Notes: generated from the letters alone by a model not told the origin. A DNA stretch of 59,117 bases, filler included, from 6 parts of 6 records of this genome joined end to end with filler, not necessarily neighbours in it, one strand, 5' to 3'. Counted from the first letter of the whole stretch, positions 39,017 to 49,825 are shown. Program-made: numbers and translations.

Positions 39017-40069
39017 ATGAATGAAATCAAGCTAGACACGGATCTCGCCATTCGCATGCGCGGGGTTACCAAGATCTTCGGCGATGATCCGCAAAGCGCA
39101 TTGGAACTGCTCCGCACGGGCAAGACCAAGAACGAAGTGCAGGCCGAAACCAACCATGTGGTGGGGCTCGACAATGTCTCGCTCGACATTGCCCGCGGCC
39201 AGATCTTCGTGGTCATGGGCTTGTCCGGCTCGGGCAAGTCGACCCTGATCCGTCACGTCAACCGGCTGATCGAGCCGACCGCGGGCGAGATCATCGTCGA
39301 GGGCACCGATGTGCTCAAGATGAGCCTGGAGGAGCTCCGGACCTATCGCCGCAATTCGGTGGCCATGGTGTTCCAGAAGTTCGGCCTGTTGCCGCATCGC
39401 TCGGTCATCGACAATGTCGCCTATGGCCTGGAAGTGCGCGGCGTGCCCAAGGCGGAACGGCTGGAGCAGGCCGCCAAGTGGATCGATACGGTGGGCTTGT
39501 CGGGCTATGAGCAGAGCCGGCCACGCCAGCTCTCGGGCGGTCAGCAGCAGCGCGTGGGCCTGGCCCGTGCCCTGGCGCTCGACACTGACATCATCCTGAT
39601 GGACGAAGCCTTTTCCGCGCTCGATCCGCTGATCCGCTCCGGCATGCAGGACCAGCTTGTGGAACTGCAGAAATCGCTGGGCAAGACCATTCTGTTCATC
39701 ACCCACGACTTCGACGAAGCCCTCAAGATCGCCGACCGCATTGCCGTGCTCAAGGACGGGGCGGTGCAGCAGGAGGGCAAGCCCGAGGATATCGTGCTCA
39801 AGCCCGCCAATGAGCATATCGAGGAATTCGTGCGCGAGGTGAACAAGGCCCGCGCCATCCATGTGCGCACCATCATGGAGCGCGGCGAGTTCGAAGATTG
39901 CGAGTTCACCGTGCCCGAAACGGCCCGCTGCGAGGATGTGCTGCCCTATTTTGCCGAGCATCAATGGGTGGGCGTCACCAATGAAGAGGGCACCCAGATC
40001 GGCCGGGTCACGGCCAAGCGCGTCATCGGCGCCCTGGCGCGCTATACGCCTGGTGTCGGCGAGGGCTGA
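39017..40069 (+). CDS. Glycine betaine/proline ABC ATP-binding subunit (ProV-like)
   Basis: GLSGSGKS, LSGGQQQR, DEAFSALDPLIR, ITHD. Confidence 0.92.
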   Translation: MNEIKLDTDLAIRMRGVTKIFGDDPQSALELLRTGKTKNEVQAETNHVVGLDNVSLDIARGQIFVVMGLSGSGKSTLIRHVNRLIEPTAGEIIVEGTDVLKMSLEELRTYRRNSVAMVFQKFGLLPHRSVIDNVAYGLEVRGVPKAERLEQAAKWIDTVGLSGYEQSRPRQLSGGQQQRVGLARALALDTDIILMDEAFSALDPLIRSGMQDQLVELQKSLGKTILFITHDFDEALKIADRIAVLKDGAVQQEGKPEDIVLKPANEHIEEFVREVNKARAIHVRTIMERGEFEDCEFTVPETARCEDVLPYFAEHQWVGVTNEEGTQIGRVTAKRVIGALARYTPGVGEG

Positions 40070-40264
40070 CGCGTCAGTCTTTCGTTAAGCCTGTTCCAAG
40101 GGGCGGCGCGCATCGTCATCGGTCTGTTATAGTCGATGGCTAGCGTGCCGCCCCACTTGGCGTCGGCGAAGAATTTTTGTCATAATTTCAGCTATTTAGC
40201 ATTCGTTCAGACTTGATGGGCAATTCTTGCCGCGGCCGCTGTTCTGCCGACCAGGTCTTGCTGC

Positions 40265-41767
40265 ATGCGTATTCGCCCCGCCTTTGCCAATGTCAATGAT
40301 GCCTACCATCGGCTGCGCCTTGCCGTGGGGCTGGTGGCCGGCCTGCTCCTGGTGCTCAGCCTTGCTTGCCTGGTGAGCGGAACGGCATCGCCTTATGTCA
40401 TTGGCGCCATGGCGGTGCTGTCGGGGATCATTCCCCTCATCATGTCGGTGGCGCACCGGCTGATGCGGCGGCGTATTGCCGAAGCGGAAGGCGTGATGAC
40501 CGCGCAGCTCGACATGGCCCATCGCGACGCCCTGACCGGGACCTTCACCCGGTCCTATTTTCTCGATGAGCTCAATGCACGGGCCCATCACGGCTCTCTG
40601 GGCGCGCTGGGCTATCTGCAGATCGACATGGACAATCTCAAGGTGCTCAATGACAGCGCCGGGCATGGCGCGGGCGATGCGGCGCTCAAGGCGCTGGTGC
40701 GCGAAATGCAGTCGCTGATGCCGGGCGCCATTATCGGGCGGTTGGGCGGCGACGAGTTCGGGGTGTTGATCCCCGGCCACGACAACAAGCCGGCGCTGTG
40801 CCGGCTGGGTGAACAATTGCTGCGCCAGCTCGCCCAACCACATTCCATTGCCGGACGGGCAACCCGCCTCTCGGCCACCATCGGTGTGGCGCTGGCCCCG
40901 CTCGACAGCGATGATCCAACCGAACTGATCGCCATTGCCGACCTGGCGCTGTACAAGGGCAAGCAGACCGGCCGGGGCTGTGTGGTGCCCTTTGATCCGG
41001 ACATGCTGGGGGATGAGCGGCACCGCCGCTTCGTCGAACGCGAACTGCGCGCCGCCATATTGATGGACGAGCTGGAGCTGCATTACCAACCGGTCTTTGA
41101 CAGCCGGACGCGCCAGGTACGTTCCTATGAGGCGCTGGTGCGCTGGCGGCATCAGGTGCGCGGCACCATTGCCCCGGGACAGTTCATTGAGGTGGCCGAA
41201 CAGAGCAATCTGATCGACCGGCTGGGCGAATGGGTGCTGCGGCGCGCCTGCGCCGACCAGCGCCGCCTGGGCCATCCCGTCGCGATCAATATCTCGCCCA
41301 AGCAATTGCGCCGCAACGAATTTGCCGAGGCCTTCGCCGATATCCTGGTGGAGACCGGCACATCGGTCGCCGATATCATTGTCGAGATCACCGAGAACGC
41401 GCCGCTCACCGCCGGGAGCGTGGAAATGGAAACCCTCGATGATTTGCGGGCCATGGGGGTGCGCATCGCCATTGATGACTTCGGCGCGGGCCATGCGAGC
41501 CTGCATTATCTGCGCGATTTCGCCTTCGACATCATCAAGATCGACCGGGCCTATGTGGCCGAATTCACCACCAATCCGGTCAGTGCCATGATTGTTTCGG
41601 CGGTGTGCGATATTGCCCGCAGCCTGTCGCTGCAGGTGGTGGCCGAGGGCATCGAAACCGAAGAGCAGGCGCAGGCGCTGACGGCGGCCGGCTGCACGTG
41701 CCTGCAGGGCTTCCATCTGGGCCGGCCCCAGCCGCTGGCGCGCGACAAGGTGATCTGCGCCGCCTGA
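40265..41767 (+). CDS. Membrane-anchored GGDEF-EAL protein
   Basis: Two N-terminal TM segments, DALTG, RLGGDEF, YEALVRW, EITE, DDFGAG, IKIDR, AEGIET, QGF. Confidence 0.92.
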   Translation: MRIRPAFANVNDAYHRLRLAVGLVAGLLLVLSLACLVSGTASPYVIGAMAVLSGIIPLIMSVAHRLMRRRIAEAEGVMTAQLDMAHRDALTGTFTRSYFLDELNARAHHGSLGALGYLQIDMDNLKVLNDSAGHGAGDAALKALVREMQSLMPGAIIGRLGGDEFGVLIPGHDNKPALCRLGEQLLRQLAQPHSIAGRATRLSATIGVALAPLDSDDPTELIAIADLALYKGKQTGRGCVVPFDPDMLGDERHRRFVERELRAAILMDELELHYQPVFDSRTRQVRSYEALVRWRHQVRGTIAPGQFIEVAEQSNLIDRLGEWVLRRACADQRRLGHPVAINISPKQLRRNEFAEAFADILVETGTSVADIIVEITENAPLTAGSVEMETLDDLRAMGVRIAIDDFGAGHASLHYLRDFAFDIIKIDRAYVAEFTTNPVSAMIVSAVCDIARSLSLQVVAEGIETEEQAQALTAAGCTCLQGFHLGRPQPLARDKVICAA

Positions 41768-41878
41768 GGGGCAATCTGACAGGCTTATGACAGCTTTGCG
41801 CCCGTGCCAGTTGCGTCACGGGCAGGCGCGTGGCTATAACGGGCCGTCGCAGCCTCTGGCTTATGGGAGTATCGAGCC

Positions 41879-42295
41879 TTGGAATTGAAGCGGATCAACG
41901 ATCACGTCAGCGTCTCGGGTCAAATCCAGCCGGAGGATGTGAAAACGCTCAAGGATCTCGGCTTTACTGCCATCGTCAACAATCGCCCCGATGGGGAAGC
42001 GCCCGACCAGCCGGCCGGCGCCGAGATCGAGGCGGCTGCCAAAGAGGCGGGCCTGGCCTATCATGCCATTCCGCTGGGCCGCGACGGCGTGAACCCGGAG
42101 ATGGTTGCCGAGACCAAGGCCGTGCTTGAGGGGAGCGACGGCAAGGTGTTCTGCTTCTGCCGTTCGGGAACGCGCTCGACCACGCTCTGGGCGCTGAGCC
42201 AGGCCGGGGACGCCCCGGCCAGCCAGATCATCGCCCAGGCGGCAGAGGCCGGCTATGACATGAGCCATCTGGCCGGATATCTCGGCCAGAACTGA
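41879..42295 (+). CDS. TIGR01244/DUF442 sulfurtransferase (PTP-like)
   Basis: VSGQI, NNRPDGE..DQP, FCRSGTRS; TTG start after GGGAG. Confidence 0.85.
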   Translation: MELKRINDHVSVSGQIQPEDVKTLKDLGFTAIVNNRPDGEAPDQPAGAEIEAAAKEAGLAYHAIPLGRDGVNPEMVAETKAVLEGSDGKVFCFCRSGTRSTTLWALSQAGDAPASQIIAQAAEAGYDMSHLAGYLGQN

Positions 42296-42404
42296 GACTG
42301 AACATTTCTGCGGCGGTCGGGCGGACCACCGTCCTCCTTCCGTTGCAGTGCTGAGCCGGGCCTGAAAACAGGCCCTTTGCCCCTCCTGCTCGGAACGGAC
42401 ATCC

Positions 42405-42994
42405 ATGCCCATCAAGAAAATTCTCGTCGCCAATCGCAGCGAAATCGCCATCCGCGTGTTCCGCGCCGCCAATGAACTGGGTCTGAAGACCGTCGCCGCC
42501 TATGCCGAAGAAGACAAGCTGGCGCTGCACCGGTTCAAGGCCGACGAGGCCTATCTGATCGGCAAGGGCAAGGGCCCGGTCGAAGCCTATCTGCAAATTG
42601 ACGAATATATCCGCATTGCGCGCATTTCGGGCGCCGATGCCATCCATCCCGGCTATGGCCTGCTCTCGGAGAGCCCCGAATTTGTTGATGCCTGCGAGGA
42701 TGCCGGCATCATCTTTATCGGCCCGCGGTCCCAGACCATGCGCGATCTGGGCAATAAGGTTGCCGCCCGCAACATGGCCATTGCCTCGGATGTGCCGGTC
42801 GTGCCGGCCACCGAGCCGCTGCCGGACGACATGGAGGCCGTCCGCAAGATGGCTGCCGAAATCGGCTATCCGCTGATGCTCAAGGCAAGCTGGGGCGGTG
42901 GCGGGCGCGGCATGCGCCGCATCATGGATGAATCGACCCTGGTGGCCGAAGTCTCGGAAGGCAAGCGCGAGGCCAAGGCCGCCTTCGGCAAGGA
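42405..42994 (+). CDS. pyc: Pyruvate carboxylase, 3' truncated
   Basis: ILVANRSEIAIRVFRAANELG, HRFKADEAY, HPGYGLLSE, KASWGGGGRGMR. Confidence 0.92.
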
Positions 42995-43094
42995 NNNNNN
43001 NNNNNNNNNNNNNNNNNNNNNNNNNNNNNNNNNNNNNNTTAATTAATTAANNNNNNNNNNNNNNNNNNNNNNNNNNNNNNNNNNNNNNNNNNNN
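42995..43094. other. Artificial contig spacer
   Basis: N44-TTAATTAATTAA-N44. Confidence 0.99.
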
Positions 43095-43775
43095 GCCAAT
43101 ATGGACCCGAAACACCGCGACCGCGTGGCCTTTGTCCGCTTGGCGTCGGGGCATTTCAAACGCGGCATGAAATTGACCCATGTGCGCACGAAAAAGCCAA
43201 TGGCGATCTCCAACCCGGTGCTGTTTTTGGCCTCTGATCGCGAATTGGCCGAAGAAGCCTGGGCCGGAGACATCATGGGCATCCCGAACCACGGCCAACT
43301 GCGCATCGGCGACACCTTGACCGAGGGAGAAGACATCCGCGTCACCGGCATCCCAAGCTTTGCGCCTGAGCTGTTGCAAACGGTGCGCGCCGGCGACCCG
43401 ATGAAGGCCAAGCATTTGGAAAAAGCCTTGATGCAATTTGCCGAAGAAGGGGCCGCGAAAGTGTTCAAACCCGCAATTGGGTCGGGCTTTATCGTCGGCG
43501 TGGTCGGCGCGTTGCAGTTTGAAGTGCTGGCCAGCCGGATTGAATTGGAATACGGGTTGCCGGTGCGGTTTGATGCGTCGCAATTCACCTCGGCGCGCTG
43601 GGTCACGGGGCCCAAGGCCGAGATGGACAAGTTCATCAACACCAACAAACAGCATATTTCCTATGACCACGATGGCGACCCGGTGTTCTTGACCCGCTTG
43701 CAATGGGACATCGACCGGATCCAACGCGATTACCCGACGCTGACCCTGTCAGCGACCAAGGAAATGATGGTCTGA
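43095..43775 (+). CDS. prfC: Peptide chain release factor 3, 5' truncated
   Basis: ANMDPKHRDRVAFVR, AGDIMG..NHG, GIPSFAPE, EEG, GVVGALQFEV. Confidence 0.95.
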   Translation, partial: ANMDPKHRDRVAFVRLASGHFKRGMKLTHVRTKKPMAISNPVLFLASDRELAEEAWAGDIMGIPNHGQLRIGDTLTEGEDIRVTGIPSFAPELLQTVRAGDPMKAKHLEKALMQFAEEGAAKVFKPAIGSGFIVGVVGALQFEVLASRIELEYGLPVRFDASQFTSARWVTGPKAEMDKFINTNKQHISYDHDGDPVFLTRLQWDIDRIQRDYPTLTLSATKEMMV

Positions 43776-43874
43776 CATCGTTTAAAATGAGACAAATCGA
43801 ACCAAAAAGGCTGACCACAGTGATACGGTCAGCCTTTTCTTTTCATAATCGAACATTCTTCTGCAAAGCCCACT

Positions 43875-44294
43875 TTAGGCGATCGTCAGATCCATACTGA
43901 TCTCACAGTCCAAAACCTTGGACACCGGACAGCCGGTTTCAGCCGCCTTTGCCGCCTCTTCGATCAGCGCCTTGTCACCCTCCGCCCGGATTGAAACCGT
44001 CAAATGCGCTTTCACAATCTTCGGCCCACCCTCCATCGACAGGTGAATGGTGGATTTGGTATCGATCTGATCGGCGGTGATGCCGCGTTCCGCCAATTGA
44101 CCCGACAGCGCCATCGAGAAACAGCCCGCGTGGGCCGCGCCAATCAACTCTTCGGGGTTGGTGCCTGCGCCGTCTTCAAAGCGGGTGTTGAACCCATAGC
44201 GCGCGTCCGCGAGTACGCCGCTTTGCGTCGACACACGCCCTTTGCCTTCCTTCAGGTCACCACTCCATGTCGCAGATCCATGCTTTTTAATCAT
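43875..44294 (-). CDS. osmC: OsmC family peroxiredoxin
   Basis: W.GDLKEGKG, TRFE, GTNPEELIGAAHAGCFSMAL, CPVSK; GAGGAG RBS. Confidence 0.93.
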   Translation of the reverse strand: MIKKHGSATWSGDLKEGKGRVSTQSGVLADARYGFNTRFEDGAGTNPEELIGAAHAGCFSMALSGQLAERGITADQIDTKSTIHLSMEGGPKIVKAHLTVSIRAEGDKALIEEAAKAAETGCPVSKVLDCEISMDLTIA

Positions 44295-44505
44295 CGTGCA
44301 TCTCCTCTTTGGTTTCCTCTGACACCACTGTGCCAGACGTACAAAGTGATTCACAGTTGCAATCAGTGCGCAAATCGCAGCATTCCTTGACCTTTTCGTG
44401 ATTGAAGCGTATGAGGCGTCCCACAGACGTATCGGCAATATGGCCGAACGGGCCGCGCGGGATTTGCGGCCGAAAAAACAGCCGCAATATCGCGAAAGGC
44501 ACGAC

Positions 44506-46077
44506 TTGACCAAATTTTCCGACTTAAACCTTGCTCCCAAAGTTCTCAAAGCCATTGAGGACGCTGGCTACGAAACGCCGACCCCGATTCAGGCTGGCGC
44601 AATTCCCCCCGCCCTTGAGGGCCGGGATGTCTTGGGCATCGCCCAGACCGGGACAGGCAAAACCGCCTCATTCGTTTTGCCAATGATCACGCTCTTGAGC
44701 CGTGGACGGGCCCGTGCCCGGATGCCACGCTCGCTCGTGCTCTGTCCGACCCGCGAATTGGCCGCACAGGTGGCGGAAAACTTTGACACCTACACCAAAT
44801 ACATGAAGCTGACCAAAGCTCTGTTGATCGGTGGCGTGTCGTTCAAGGAACAGGACATCCTGATCGACAAGGGCGTGGATGTTTTGATCGCCACTCCGGG
44901 TCGGTTACTCGATCATTTCGAACGCGGCAAATTGATCCTCTCTGACGTCAAAGTCATGGTGGTGGACGAGGCCGACCGGATGCTCGACATGGGGTTCATC
45001 CCCGACATCGAACGCATCTTTGGCCTGACGCCGTTCACCCGCCAAACCTTGTTTTTCTCGGCCACAATGGCGCCGGAAATCGAGCGGATCACCAACACCT
45101 TTCTGTCAGCCCCGGCCCGCATCGAAGTGGCCCGCCAAGCCACCTCTGGCGAGAACATCGAACAGCATGTGGTGATGTTCAAAGGCTCGCGTCGCGACCG
45201 CGCAGCCTCGGAGAAACGTCAGCTTTTGCGTACGCTGATCGACCTGGAGGGCGAGAAACTCGACAATGCCATCGTGTTTTGTAACCGCAAGACCGATGTC
45301 GATATCGTCTCGCAATCCCTGAAAAAATACGGCTATGACGCGGCTCCGATCCATGGCGATCTGGAGCAAAGTCAACGCAACGCCACGCTTGAGGGCTTTC
45401 GCGGTGGCAAATTGAAAATCCTCGTGGCCTCCGATGTGGCCGCGCGTGGATTGGATGTGCCCTCCGTGACCCATGTGTTCAACTTTGACGTGCCAAGCCA
45501 CGCCGAGGACTATGTTCACCGGATCGGCCGCACCGGGCGTGCCGGCCGCGAGGGCAAAACCATCATGCTTTGTGAGCCGCGCGACGAAAAGAATTTCGCG
45601 GATGTGGAACGTCTGATTGGCAAAGAAATCCCGCGTTTGGACAATCCTTTGGGAACCGTTGCCGAGGCGGAGACCACGACGCCGGACCAAGCCCCGGCAG
45701 AGGCCAAATCTGAGGACAAACCGAAACGCACCCGTTCGCGCAGCAGCAGAAGCCGCAAATCTGACAAGACGGAGACTGCGGTCGAGACGACAGAGGTGCA
45801 AACCCCAGAGAGCCCGGCGCAAGAGGCCCGCGAGGCCACTGTGGAGGCAAAGACGGAATCGCGCACCAGAGAACGCGCTCCGCGTGAACCCCGCGAACAG
45901 CGCGAGTCGTCGCGCACGTCACAGGCCGCCTCCGATAGCAAATCCTCAGAGAACCGCGACCGCAGCAGCAGTTCGCGCAGCCGCGGTCGGCGCGACGATG
46001 ATAAAAAGGTTGTGGGTCTGGGCGATCACCTGCCCTCTTTCATTGCACTAAGTTTTGACGAACGCAGCGCCAGCTAA
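44506..46077 (+). CDS. DEAD-box RNA helicase (RhlE-like)
   Basis: Q motif, AQTGTGKT, PTRELA, TPGR, DEAD, SAT, ARGLD, HRIGRTGRAG; TTG start; charged low-complexity tail. Confidence 0.93.
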   Translation: MTKFSDLNLAPKVLKAIEDAGYETPTPIQAGAIPPALEGRDVLGIAQTGTGKTASFVLPMITLLSRGRARARMPRSLVLCPTRELAAQVAENFDTYTKYMKLTKALLIGGVSFKEQDILIDKGVDVLIATPGRLLDHFERGKLILSDVKVMVVDEADRMLDMGFIPDIERIFGLTPFTRQTLFFSATMAPEIERITNTFLSAPARIEVARQATSGENIEQHVVMFKGSRRDRAASEKRQLLRTLIDLEGEKLDNAIVFCNRKTDVDIVSQSLKKYGYDAAPIHGDLEQSQRNATLEGFRGGKLKILVASDVAARGLDVPSVTHVFNFDVPSHAEDYVHRIGRTGRAGREGKTIMLCEPRDEKNFADVERLIGKEIPRLDNPLGTVAEAETTTPDQAPAEAKSEDKPKRTRSRSSRSRKSDKTETAVETTEVQTPESPAQEAREATVEAKTESRTRERAPREPREQRESSRTSQAASDSKSSENRDRSSSSRSRGRRDDDKKVVGLGDHLPSFIALSFDERSAS

Positions 46078-46103
46078 AGCCAAAGCACCCTTTGCAAAAA
46101 TTC

Positions 46104-46131
46104 AAAAACCCGCGCTATGGCGCGGGTTTTT
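46104..46131. terminator. Bidirectional Rho-independent terminator
   Basis: AAAAACCCGCGC-TATG-GCGCGGGTTTTT between convergent genes. Confidence 0.85.
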
Positions 46132-46194
46132 CTTTGTGCATTTGCAGATTCGGCCAAAACCCACCCCGCAGCCAAAACAGCTACGGGGGCAAAT

Positions 46195-47859
46195 TCAATT
46201 GGACAGGCGGGAGATCACGATTTGGACCTCCGGCTTTTTGCCAGTCTCTTCATGCGTCGATTTACGGATGATGCGGCGCATCTCTTCTTCGAGTTTGCCG
46301 TCGTCCGAAAGGGTCTTGGGCTTGGCGCGCATCAGGAATTGGTTCACATCCTCTTCCAACACATCCACCAACGGCGCGCGTGACAGGCCGACTTCAGGCA
46401 GGCCACGCACTTCGCACCAGCAATCGCCCAAAGGCTCGTTGTCCTCAATGATCACCGTGGCAACAATCAACCCGTTCATCGCCATGCGAATCCGGTCGCG
46501 CACAATGCCATCCATCGCGCCGATTTGGATCGACCCATCGAGATACGTCCGCCCGGTTTCAACATATTCAACCACGCGTGGGGCATTGCCCGCCAGATCA
46601 AGACACACACCATTCGGCGCAACCACAGCCTGAAACCCGTTGGATTCCGCAAGTTTCGCATGTTCGCGCAGGTGACGGTGTTCGCCGTGCATCGGGATGA
46701 CGACCTGCGGTTTAACGACCTCATGCAGCGTCGCAAGATCGGGACGGTTGGCGTGACCTGAGACGTGGAACAAGCCGTCCTGGTCGGAAATCACGTTCAC
46801 ATCCATTTCGGAAAACGCGTTGACGATCCGACCGACAGAAACCTCGTTGCCGGGGATGGTTTTCGAGGAGAAAATCATCGTGTCCCCGGCTGCGAATTTC
46901 AGGCCAAGGTATTTGCCACGCGACAATTGTGCGGTGGCCGCACGATGTTCGCCCTGCGACCCTGTGGTCAGCAACATCAGGTTTTCACGCGGAATATCGG
47001 TGGCGTTCTCGGGTGATACCGTGGCGGGGAAATCGGAAATGATCCCGGTTTCAATCGCGGCGGTGATCATCCGGCGCATCGCGCGGCCCAAAAGCACCAC
47101 GGATCGTCCCGCCTGTGCCCCGGCCACGGCCAAGGTTTTGACCCGGGCAATGTTGGAGGCAAATGTGGTGGCGGCAACCATGCCGTCAAGTCCGGCGATC
47201 AGCTCGGTGAGCGGGCCGATGACTTCGGATTCGGAGCGCCCCGGATTGGGCGAAAACACATTGGTGGAATCGCACACCATGGCTTTGACGCCGTCTTTGG
47301 ACACCTCTTCCCACAGCGCGCGATCAAAGGCCTCGCCCACCACCGGGGTCTCGTCGAGTTTGAAATCGCCAGTGTGGATGACCCGTCCGGCAGGCGTGTC
47401 GATGACCAAGGCCGAGCTTTCAGGGATCGAATGCGAGATCGGCAGGAAGCCGACGGTAAAGGCCCCAACGGTCGTCGTGTCCGGCCATTTCGAAACCGTT
47501 TTGATTTGCAGCTCATCATGACCGTGCTCTTCGAATTTCAACCGCGCGAGGTGGGCGGTGAAGGCGCGGGCATAGATCGGCGCGCCGAGACGGGGCCAAA
47601 GATGGCCGACCGCGCCAACGTGGTCTTCATGCGCATGGGTGATGAAAATCGCGTCGATCCGGTCCTTGCGCTCCACCAGCCAAGCGATGTCGGCAAAGAT
47701 GAGATCAACACCGGGGGTGCCATCCATCGAGGGGAACGTCACGCCGAGATCGACGACGATATAGCGTTCGCTGCCCGCCGGGCCATAGCCGTACACATAA
47801 CAGTTCATGCCGATTTCGCCGGCGCCGCCTAACGGGAGGTAAAGAAGTCTATCGCTCAT
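46195..47859 (-). CDS. rnj: Ribonuclease J
   Basis: PLGGAGEIGMN, THAHEDHVG, HSIPE, TGDFK, DSTN, FASN, GSQGE, HVSGHA, PMHGE. Confidence 0.95.
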   Translation of the reverse strand: MSDRLLYLPLGGAGEIGMNCYVYGYGPAGSERYIVVDLGVTFPSMDGTPGVDLIFADIAWLVERKDRIDAIFITHAHEDHVGAVGHLWPRLGAPIYARAFTAHLARLKFEEHGHDELQIKTVSKWPDTTTVGAFTVGFLPISHSIPESSALVIDTPAGRVIHTGDFKLDETPVVGEAFDRALWEEVSKDGVKAMVCDSTNVFSPNPGRSESEVIGPLTELIAGLDGMVAATTFASNIARVKTLAVAGAQAGRSVVLLGRAMRRMITAAIETGIISDFPATVSPENATDIPRENLMLLTTGSQGEHRAATAQLSRGKYLGLKFAAGDTMIFSSKTIPGNEVSVGRIVNAFSEMDVNVISDQDGLFHVSGHANRPDLATLHEVVKPQVVIPMHGEHRHLREHAKLAESNGFQAVVAPNGVCLDLAGNAPRVVEYVETGRTYLDGSIQIGAMDGIVRDRIRMAMNGLIVATVIIEDNEPLGDCWCEVRGLPEVGLSRAPLVDVLEEDVNQFLMRAKPKTLSDDGKLEEEMRRIIRKSTHEETGKKPEVQIVISRLSN

Positions 47860-48635
47860 ATGTTGCCCTGATCCTTATTATATTGGTGAATGACCACGAG
47901 GCCGCGAATGGTCAGGAATTCGTCAAATGCGTCAAAGAGTTTGTGGCCCTGATTGAACAAAGGCGCAAGGCCTCCGGTGGCGATGACTTGCATCGGGCGG
48001 TCATATTCGACCTTAATCCGGTTGCAGGTTTCGCGCACGAGGCCGACGTAGCCCCAGAACACCCCCGATTGCATACAGGCGACGGTGTTGGTGCCGATCA
48101 CCTTTTCCGGCATGGTCACGTCCACATGCGGGAGAGCTGCGGCTTTGAGGTGCAGAGATTCAAGCGAGGTGTTGACCCCGGGAGAGATCACGCCGCCAAC
48201 ATAAGCGCCATCTTCGGCCACGACATCGAATGTGGTGGCCGTGCCGAAATCAACCACGATCAGATCGCCGCCAAAGCGGTCAAACGCGGCGGCGGAATTG
48301 ACCAGACGGTCGGGGCCGACCGTTGTGCCCTCGTCCACACGCGGCGCATGGGGCAAAAGACATTCGGGTTTGCCGACCACAAGGGGACGACAATCGAAGT
48401 AACGATTGGCCAGAACCCGCAGGTTAAACACCACCCGCGGTACGGTGGAGGATATGATCACCTCGGTGATGTCGGCCTCGATTTTTTGAAAATTCATCAA
48501 AGTCGCAAGCCAGACATAATATTGATCCGCCGTGCGTTGATGTTCGGTCGAGGTGCGCCATGTGGCGATGAAATCGGTCCCGTCCCAGATGGAAAAGACG
48601 GTGTTGGTGTTGCCGGTGTCGATACAGAGAAGCAT
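47856..48635 (-). CDS. coaX: Type III pantothenate kinase
   Basis: IDTGNTNT, GPDR, VDFGTATTFD, GGVISPG, ATGGLA. Confidence 0.95.
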   Translation of the reverse strand: MLLCIDTGNTNTVFSIWDGTDFIATWRTSTEHQRTADQYYVWLATLMNFQKIEADITEVIISSTVPRVVFNLRVLANRYFDCRPLVVGKPECLLPHAPRVDEGTTVGPDRLVNSAAAFDRFGGDLIVVDFGTATTFDVVAEDGAYVGGVISPGVNTSLESLHLKAAALPHVDVTMPEKVIGTNTVACMQSGVFWGYVGLVRETCNRIKVEYDRPMQVIATGGLAPLFNQGHKLFDAFDEFLTIRGLVVIHQYNKDQGNI

Positions 48636-49382
48636 TTAAAAATAAACCTCAGCGGCGGGGATGGTGAGTTTGCCATTGGATGTGGCGAGCACAAGATTGC
48701 CAAAGGCATCGACGGTTTCAAACGTGCCATGGTGCTCTTCGCGCATGGTACGCGCCCGGATCGGTTGGCCCAAACGCGCGGCCCGCGCGAGCCAGGCGGT
48801 GCGGATCGGCGCGAAGCCATAGGTGACAAATTGCGCCTCCCAATGGGCGTAAGCCGGGGCAAGCAGGTCCAGGAAGTCTTCGGGCACAACCAGCGCCCCG
48901 GTTTCATCGGCCAAGGAGACCGGGGCCACCGCGCCCTCCTCAAGCTGCGCCGGAACGGGGGCTGCGACAAGATTGACGCCAATGCCAATGGCCAAATGCG
49001 CAGGCCCACGTTCCAAAAGGATGCCCGCGACCTTGCCGCCATTGAGCAAAACATCATTGGGCCATTTCAGTGAAAACGGATCGGTGCGCCCGGTGGCGGC
49101 GACGAAAGCGTCATAAAGCGCCAGCGAGGCCACGAAGGAGCGCAAAGCCACCAGTTCCGGCCGCTCTGTAGGGAACATCAACAAGGTGGCGGCAAAATTG
49201 CCCTCGGGCATGGCCCAGGCCCGACCGCGCCGACCGTGGGCGGCGGTTTGCGACAGGGCCAAAATCCATTGCGAAAATGTGGAAGAGGCCGCGACACGCG
49301 CGGCCTCCGACATGGTGCTGTCCACGGAGGGCAGGACGGTGCGCCCTACCCCTTCGGGCCATCTGTACAGATTATTTGACAA
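48636..49382 (-). CDS. birA: Biotin-[acetyl-CoA carboxylase] ligase (no HTH)
   Basis: [41 protein letters not shown] start overlapping nuoN end. Confidence 0.92.
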   Translation of the reverse strand: MSNNLYRWPEGVGRTVLPSVDSTMSEAARVAASSTFSQWILALSQTAAHGRRGRAWAMPEGNFAATLLMFPTERPELVALRSFVASLALYDAFVAATGRTDPFSLKWPNDVLLNGGKVAGILLERGPAHLAIGIGVNLVAAPVPAQLEEGAVAPVSLADETGALVVPEDFLDLLAPAYAHWEAQFVTYGFAPIRTAWLARAARLGQPIRARTMREEHHGTFETVDAFGNLVLATSNGKLTIPAAEVYF

Positions 49383-49824
49383 GGGCTTCGGCCGCGAGCG
49401 CAGCCATGCCATCGACGCCAAACATATTGACGATCCCGACCAACATGATCAGCGCAGAGAGGGTCAACAACGCAAAGGTCACCGGCGAAGACACTTTGTC
49501 CAAAGGATCGGTCTCAACGCCAAAGTACATGTAATAGACGATGCGCAGGTAGTAGAAGGCACCGATCACCGACGCGATCACACCGAAGATGGCAAGGTAG
49601 ATGAGACCCGCCCCCCAAGCGGCCTGAAGCACGGCCAGTTTGCCGAAGAACCCGAGCATCGGCGGCACACCGGCGAGCGAGAACATCAGGACCAGCAAGG
49701 CCAGAGCCTTGGCCGGAGAATTGCGCCAATACAAGTTCAGCGAGGCGATGTCTGTGACCGGCTGGCCATCGCGTTCCATGGTCATGATAAAGGCGAAGGT
49801 GCCGATGTTCATGGTGACATAGAT
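49372..49824 (-). CDS. nuoN: NADH-quinone oxidoreductase subunit N, 5' truncated
   Basis: [28 protein letters not shown]; canonical nuoN-birA-coaX-rnj order. Confidence 0.93.
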   Translation of the reverse strand: MYVTMNIGTFAFIMTMERDGQPVTDIASLNLYWRNSPAKALALLVLMFSLAGVPPMLGFFGKLAVLQAAWGAGLIYLAIFGVIASVIGAFYYLRIVYYMYFGVETDPLDKVSSPVTFALLTLSALIMLVGIVNMFGVDGMAALAAEALVK

Positions 49825-49825
49825 C

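Noticed and set aside
36906-41716. Long minus-strand ORFs (437, 465, 310 and 506 aa)
   Set aside because: They lie antisense to well-supported high-GC genes and carry no recognisable motifs, as expected from codon bias.
45660-46010. Low-complexity R/E/S-rich tail of the DEAD helicase as a repeat or novel domain
   Set aside because: Disordered charged C-termini are normal for RhlE-like helicases.
47883-49073. 396-aa plus-strand ORF
   Set aside because: Antisense shadow of coaX and birA.
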